This document shows, piece after piece, positions 7,098 to 11,952 of a stretch of 11,952 bases of DNA. The notes under the pieces were generated by a model. The model was not told the DNA's origin, did no database searches, and saw only the letters and a list, made by a program, of their open reading frames with translations. The stretch is from Promethearchaeota archaeon (GTDB taxonomy: Archaea > Asgardarchaeota > Lokiarchaeia > Sigyniarchaeales > SOKP01), in NCBI GenBank assembly GCA_048940645.1, contig JBHLOI010000083.1, positions 1 through 11,952 on the forward strand, read 5' to 3'. The first letter of the stretch is position 1. Every line of letters begins with the position of its first letter. A program made the translations under genes and the position numbers.

Positions 7098-7163
7098 TTA
7101 CTAGATATTATCCATAATATTTAAATATTTTGGAACTCTATTCAAAATATAATATTATGTGAA
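7061..7163. repeat. Direct repeat copy 2 (promoter of the DUF3795-like gene plus lrp 5' relic)
   Basis: Homologous to 6772-6874. It keeps the TATA palindrome (7116-7129) and the inverted repeat ATATTTTG-N10-CAAAATAT (7125-7150). Confidence 0.92.
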
Positions 7164-7593
7164 ATTTGAAATGAAAAATAAGTATGAATTATTAGGTTAT
7201 TGTGGTATTTTTTGCGGAACTGATTGCATAATTTTTCAGGCGGCAAATTCAGATGATATTAAATTCAAAAGTCGGACAGTAAAAGCAATAAGTCAAGAAT
7301 TAGGAATTAAAATAGATATTTCTGAGTTACAATGCAAGGGTTGCCAAGGTCCTGAAGAAGAAATGTGGTTTGAGTGTCGTTTATGTTATATCCGACATTG
7401 TGGAAAAAAACAAAAAATAAGAATCTGTACTGATTGCAAAGATCATCCCTGTCAAGTATTTAAGATTAGATTTTCCCAATCTGAAAATGCTCCTAAAAAC
7501 CTTCCAAAAATAAGAAAAGTAGGCTTAGATCACTGGATAGAAAAGAAATTATCAATAATGTGTATGATAGAAGCAAGTAAATACGGACATTAG
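7159..7593 (+). CDS. DUF3795-like Cys-rich (probable metal-binding) protein
   Basis: GYCGIFCGTDC ... CKGC ... CRLCYIRHC ... CTDCKDHPC matches the Cys spacing I recognise for DUF3795. The start may be the ATG at 7171. Confidence 0.8.
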   Translation: MKFEMKNKYELLGYCGIFCGTDCIIFQAANSDDIKFKSRTVKAISQELGIKIDISELQCKGCQGPEEEMWFECRLCYIRHCGKKQKIRICTDCKDHPCQVFKIRFSQSENAPKNLPKIRKVGLDHWIEKKLSIMCMIEASKYGH

Positions 7594-7699
7594 GTAATAA
7601 TAATTCTAGGAAATTTAAAGAAGCATTCTAAGGCAAAAATATACTAAGATAATCTATTTAGACCAGCTCATTAACAATAAAAAAGAAAAATAAGGGAAT

Positions 7700-8548
7700 T
7701 TAGGACTTAATTTTTTTCCAGATATATCCATGTACATCAAATAAAATTAAGAGGGCAATTGCGGTTATTATTATACAGAATATAAGTAGATCAAAACTAG
7801 TAATAGGAGAACCAAATAGAGTTTTCAAATTTATAACAAAGTTTTCCATCCAGTACCAATCTGAAGGAAGCGGTTCACCATTTAAAAAGAAGTAAAAAAA
7901 GTCCTCAAGAGTGCTAAATTGTAAAAGAGTTCCAGCCAAAAATATATTCCAGCTTTGTCTTTTAGTACCACCGCCCAATTTCCAGCCAATAGCAATGATA
8001 AGATAGAAAAATGTCATTAAAAGACCCCAAAAGGACAAGTAGTACATCGTTTTATCAGTTACTCCACCATACCAAATATCATCAATTGTAAAATTAACTA
8101 AAATTCCTATAGGGATTATAATTGCAGCAAAAAGAATAGCTAATATTAGAATCCGCATTCGTTTTTTCTTTGGTTGCAGAAAGAAAGCTGGTATTAATCC
8201 AAACAGTATTAATTGGACATATAAGAAAAACCCAGGGGAAATTTCAAGAACTACATAAAAAATAATAGGAATTCCATTGGCAATCAAGAAAAGAATTATA
8301 GCAATTATAAACCATAGTTTATCAGAATCTCCTCTTTCACTTTCTTTATTACCTGCAAGATACATGAATCCCACGGGTAATATTAGACCTAGAGCTAGTA
8401 AACTAATTAGCCATAGAAGTCGTACAGCAATGCCTACTTCATCATGCTCAGCTGCCCAATCTACCTCAGCAGTTAATATTATTACACCTATAAATATTGC
8501 GAGTATAATTAGCTTTTTTATCCAAGGTTTAGAAGTATTCTCGGTCAT
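7700..8548 (-). CDS. Hypothetical polytopic membrane protein (~8 TM)
   Basis: 282 aa with eight hydrophobic segments separated by short charged loops. No family recognised with confidence. Confidence 0.82.
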   Translation of the reverse strand: MTENTSKPWIKKLIILAIFIGVIILTAEVDWAAEHDEVGIAVRLLWLISLLALGLILPVGFMYLAGNKESERGDSDKLWFIIAIILFLIANGIPIIFYVVLEISPGFFLYVQLILFGLIPAFFLQPKKKRMRILILAILFAAIIIPIGILVNFTIDDIWYGGVTDKTMYYLSFWGLLMTFFYLIIAIGWKLGGGTKRQSWNIFLAGTLLQFSTLEDFFYFFLNGEPLPSDWYWMENFVINLKTLFGSPITSFDLLIFCIIITAIALLILFDVHGYIWKKIKS

Positions 8549-8775
8549 TTTAAACTAATCACTTATTATTTTAAAAATATATGTTAATCATAGATTGTTA
8601 GACCTTATAATGTTTTAATACACTATTTTATTATATAATCTTTATTTAGAAATTGACAATCTACTATAAATAATATCACATTATCACTTAAGTAAAAAGT
8701 AATAAAAAAGGCGAAGCATTGATTATAGTTATATTCCATGATTTTTAGAAGCATATGTAAATACGGGGTAATATA

Positions 8776-9927
8776 ATGATAAAGATAAAAGTAAAGTCAA
8801 AAGATCATGATACATTTAAATTCCCATTGTTAGGATATTTGGGATATACTATTGCTAAATTTTTTGACTCATTCAAAAATATCTCATTTTTTCTTGATAG
8901 ATTTGAGACCATACATTTACGTAATCTTATTGATAAAAAAAGTATCGATAGACCAATTTATATTACTGGTCTTGCCCGTGCGGGTACAACAATTATTCTA
9001 GAAATGTTAAGTAAACATCCAGATTTAGCATCACATCGATATAAATATCTAATTATGCCATACATCCCTCATTGGTTTAGTCAGATGGTAAAAGCTTCTA
9101 AATTGTATGCTAAACCGTTTGAGCGGTTCCATAGAGATGGAATATTTGTTACAGGGGAAAGTCCTGAAGCTGTAGAAGAGATATTTTGGCAAAAGTTCTT
9201 TAAAAATACTCATAACGAAAATTCTACCAATATTATTAATGGGAGTGCATCTAATCCTCGATTTGAGAGTTTTTATCGAAATCACATTCGAAAACTCATA
9301 ATAACTCAAAAAAGTTCTCGCTATTTAGCTAAAAATAATTATAATGTAACGAGAATGGAATATTTACTTCGCCTTTTCCCAAGTTCAAAATTTTTATTAA
9401 TTATTCGTAATCCAGTCAATCATATTGCTTCTCTAATTAAACAAACAAACTTATTCGCCAAGTTGGGTAGTGAAAGTCCTTTATTAAATGAGTGGTTAAA
9501 AATAATTGGCCATCGGGAGTTTGGTCGTTATCAAGTATGTATAAACGCTAATAATACAGAACTCATACAAAAAATTCGCAGATTATGGGCAAATAAAGAA
9601 AAATATATAAAAGGTTGGGCTAATTATTGGGTATCAATTTATGATTTCATTGCTAATAATCTTGATGCAAACAAAAAGCTCAAAAAAGCTACCCTTATTG
9701 TAAGATACGATGAGCTATGCGATACTCCCGCAAAAATAATAGATCAGATACTCGAACATACTGAGCTTCCTAAAGCTAAATTTGAAAAAGTTAGAAAATA
9801 TTATATTAACCATCTACATCAACCTACCTATTATACTCCAAATTTTTCTGACCAAGAAATGGCAGATATAGTTGAAATTACTAATAAAACTGCTGCTCGA
9901 TTTGGAGTACATCTTAAGCTAAACTAG
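8776..9927 (+). CDS. PAPS-dependent sulfotransferase family protein
   Basis: 5'-PSB loop PIYITGLARAGTT, 3'-PB motif IIRNPVNHIAS, plus LAKN and VRYDEL, typical of P-loop sulfotransferases. Confidence 0.9.
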   Translation: MIKIKVKSKDHDTFKFPLLGYLGYTIAKFFDSFKNISFFLDRFETIHLRNLIDKKSIDRPIYITGLARAGTTIILEMLSKHPDLASHRYKYLIMPYIPHWFSQMVKASKLYAKPFERFHRDGIFVTGESPEAVEEIFWQKFFKNTHNENSTNIINGSASNPRFESFYRNHIRKLIITQKSSRYLAKNNYNVTRMEYLLRLFPSSKFLLIIRNPVNHIASLIKQTNLFAKLGSESPLLNEWLKIIGHREFGRYQVCINANNTELIQKIRRLWANKEKYIKGWANYWVSIYDFIANNLDANKKLKKATLIVRYDELCDTPAKIIDQILEHTELPKAKFEKVRKYYINHLHQPTYYTPNFSDQEMADIVEITNKTAARFGVHLKLN

Positions 9928-9945
9928 ATTAATTCTTCTTATTCA

Positions 9946-11100
9946 TTATTTTCGAGGAGCAATTCCAGAGTCTGATCTAACTACTTTTTGAAGCTTCTGA
10001 AACGCATTCTGTGATGTTGAGAAAGTTTTTGCATTATATTTTTCAACTAAATTTATTAGTTCTTCATCAAAAATTCTTACAAAAACTTCAATCTGTGGAT
10101 AACGTAATCCAAGTTTAGATGTTAAATACAGTGATTCATCGAATTCCGAGTCTTTTTTCCAACAAATAAATACTTGGGAAACTTCTTCTAAATTCACATG
10201 TATACGCAAATCACTTAAAAAACAAGCGAATTCATTAATGATATGCAATCTTTCATTTACAATAAACTCAATACCATCATGTTTATCATCAAAGAGGAAT
10301 ACTTCGCGGTTTGGTTGCAAGGAAATATGATAAGCAATTCTATGGGTTAAACTATCCCGCCCAATCACTATAACATTACCTGTTTTTCCTTCGGTCCATT
10401 CTTGAATCCTTTCCATTGCCCATTTGGAAGTAGAAAATGAAAATGCATTTAATGGAGGTTGTTTGAGATATTCTTGCACATGATCTTCAAATGCACGAAC
10501 ATAAATTCGGCAATCTGGATTCATATTACGTATTTTTTCAGTACAGATAATGGCAACTCTTACATCATCTATATTAATAAAAACCTCTTTAGCTCGCTTT
10601 GTATTCCCAAAAATGAGATTTGTTGTTTCGGTTGGATCACCTACAACAACTGGGTAGCCTGCATTAATTAAGTCTTCAACTAATTCTTCATAATCTTCAA
10701 TTATGCAAAATTGTTTATCGTTATTTACACAATATTCTACAATTCTCTCAGATAGATGTCGATATCCAATTATTAATGTATGATTACGTTTATGTTTAGC
10801 GATAATCCTACTGGTTATCATTGGATTATATTTTTCCAGAAATTCTCCCATAATGAAGCCAAAAACAATCACTTCCAATAATATAGGCCACACTAAAGAA
10901 TAAAAGCTATCAAAATCTCCTGCGGTTGCGGGTCGGCGTACACCCAAAGAATATAAGATGAGTTCTCCTGCAGTTGCACCCGGAACTGTAATGAAAAAAA
11001 CCATAAAACCGCTGAACCAAAACAAAAATAGAAAGATAAATGCTAATTTATATTGCTTAAGTTTAAGATGGGCTTCGATAAAGAAATTTAGAATACTCAT
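9946..11100 (-). CDS. Two-TM, tandem RCK/TrkA-N domain protein (K+ channel-like, degenerate pore)
   Basis: TM segments at about aa 19-39 and 66-88. First RCK domain: NHTLIIGY...VVVGDPT...IRNMNPDCRIYVRA. Second RCK-like repeat: NVIVIGRD...YPQIEVFVRI. Confidence 0.78.
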   Translation of the reverse strand: MSILNFFIEAHLKLKQYKLAFIFLFLFWFSGFMVFFITVPGATAGELILYSLGVRRPATAGDFDSFYSLVWPILLEVIVFGFIMGEFLEKYNPMITSRIIAKHKRNHTLIIGYRHLSERIVEYCVNNDKQFCIIEDYEELVEDLINAGYPVVVGDPTETTNLIFGNTKRAKEVFINIDDVRVAIICTEKIRNMNPDCRIYVRAFEDHVQEYLKQPPLNAFSFSTSKWAMERIQEWTEGKTGNVIVIGRDSLTHRIAYHISLQPNREVFLFDDKHDGIEFIVNERLHIINEFACFLSDLRIHVNLEEVSQVFICWKKDSEFDESLYLTSKLGLRYPQIEVFVRIFDEELINLVEKYNAKTFSTSQNAFQKLQKVVRSDSGIAPRK

Positions 11101-11151
11101 AACATAAAATAAAACACTCCAATTTAAAAAACATGTGATAATTCCTAGTTC

Positions 11152-11952
11152 TTATGTTAAAGTAACTTTTAACTTATTCAACAAAGAAATTACAAATTCA
11201 TTAGCATATTCTCCTAATCCTAATTGTTCTTCTAAATAATTACTGAACAACTTTTTAAATTCTGAATACAAAAACTCATTATCCAAAATTTCGGCATCCT
11301 TTTTATCATAAATACTTTTTAATTCCAACGGCTCTAATTTTTTAAAAACTAATTCAAACATTAAATTAATAAATATATTGCGGATAAAAGCTTCATCCAC
11401 TTCGTTTAAATCGTAATATTCATAAATTGTTTTCCTTCTAAGTTCTTTAATTTCTAATAAATCCTTTTTTAAAACTTCGGGTATGTCTAAGTTTTTAATT
11501 TTCTCAGAGTATTTTTCATTGCTGATTTTAACATCTTGAATTTCAATATGTTTCAGAATCAGTGAATAAAATCTAATTAGGAACTTAAAAGAATCAATAG
11601 AAGATTCACTCTTCCACATCTTATACAACTTTCCCCAGTGGGCTAGATTTAAATCCTCAAGAGTATTCAAAATATTATGCCTTAGGTCCTCCATTAATAT
11701 TTCATTGTAATATAAAGCTTCCTTATAGGGTTTTTCGTAATCGTGAAAGGAATATTCATAGATATTTCCATTTTCTTTGAATTCCTTAAGATGAAGCAAT
11801 GAGCTAAAATCTGCTAGCATTTCTTTTTTACCAACTTCTGCAGCAAATTTAATAATATATTTACATTTAGGGCAAAAAGTAACCCAAGATCGGCGTACTA
11901 TATTATAAGGTCGGCTATTACCATTTGAATTTTTAAATTTAGGAATTTTAAA
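11152..11952 (-). CDS. Hypothetical protein, 5' end outside the window; CxxC motif plus helical C-terminal region
   Basis: The frame of ORF 11152-11820 stays open for 44 more codons to the window edge (FKIPKFKNSNGNSRPYNIVRRSWVTFCPKCKYIIKFAAEVGKKE-M), so the true start is probably upstream. Confidence 0.75.
   Translation of the reverse strand, partial: FKIPKFKNSNGNSRPYNIVRRSWVTFCPKCKYIIKFAAEVGKKEMLADFSSLLHLKEFKENGNIYEYSFHDYEKPYKEALYYNEILMEDLRHNILNTLEDLNLAHWGKLYKMWKSESSIDSFKFLIRFYSLILKHIEIQDVKISNEKYSEKIKNLDIPEVLKKDLLEIKELRRKTIYEYYDLNEVDEAFIRNIFINLMFELVFKKLEPLELKSIYDKKDAEILDNEFLYSEFKKLFSNYLEEQLGLGEYANEFVISLLNKLKVTLT

Noticed and set aside
6909-7124. 71-aa Phe/Tyr/Ile-rich + strand ORF
   Set aside because: Its hydrophobicity comes from low-complexity T runs, and it runs into the duplicated promoter. 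It is probably spurious, though not strictly excluded because it lies to the right of the copy 1 TATA box.
6772-7163. Direct repeat as a CRISPR array or attL/attR pair
   Set aside because: Only two copies, ~100 bp long and diverged; no cas gene, integrase or tRNA nearby.
8591-8664. TAGATTGT ... ACAATCTA inverted repeat in the divergent spacer
   Set aside because: Only 8 bp with a ~58-nt gap in very AT-rich DNA; compatible with chance.
8277-10671. Antisense ORFs 8277-8558, 9049-9309 and 10459-10671
   Set aside because: Each lies opposite a well-supported CDS and has no recognisable motif.
1-11952. Selenocysteine/pyrrolysine recoding or an alternative genetic code
   Set aside because: The recognisable proteins are full-length under the standard code, the stops I checked are TAA or TAG at natural domain ends, and read-through of the TAG at 3896 adds only a short AT-rich non-conserved-looking stretch.

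Overview
A strongly AT-rich, gene-dense prokaryotic window with 12 supportable CDSs and no rRNA, tRNA, CRISPR array or transposase. TTTAAATA-type TATA boxes, no obvious Shine-Dalgarno sites and the gene content suggest an archaeon, most like Asgard/Lokiarchaeia; this is inference and was not tested. The genes, in order, are: beta-CASP/RNase J-like nuclease (-), short coiled-coil + C-terminal Zn ribbon (+), cold-shock protein (+), Fe-S nitroreductase (-), long coiled-coil + the same Zn ribbon (-), QueG/RdhA-like Fe-S protein (-), Lrp/AsnC regulator (-), DUF3795-like Cys-rich protein (+), 8-TM membrane protein (-), sulfotransferase (+), 2TM + tandem RCK channel-like protein (-), and a 5'-truncated hypothetical protein (-). 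Four observations stand out. (1) Two otherwise dissimilar coiled-coil proteins share a terminal CxxC-x30-CxxC-xxxW Zn ribbon that resembles TFIIS/TFS, a candidate uncharacterised modular system. (2) A ~100-bp bidirectional promoter cassette, with a palindromic TATA box and an operator-like inverted repeat, is duplicated between lrp and the DUF3795 gene. (3) The K+-channel-like protein lacks the TVGYG filter. (4) The QueG-like protein lacks the usual QueG catalytic motifs.
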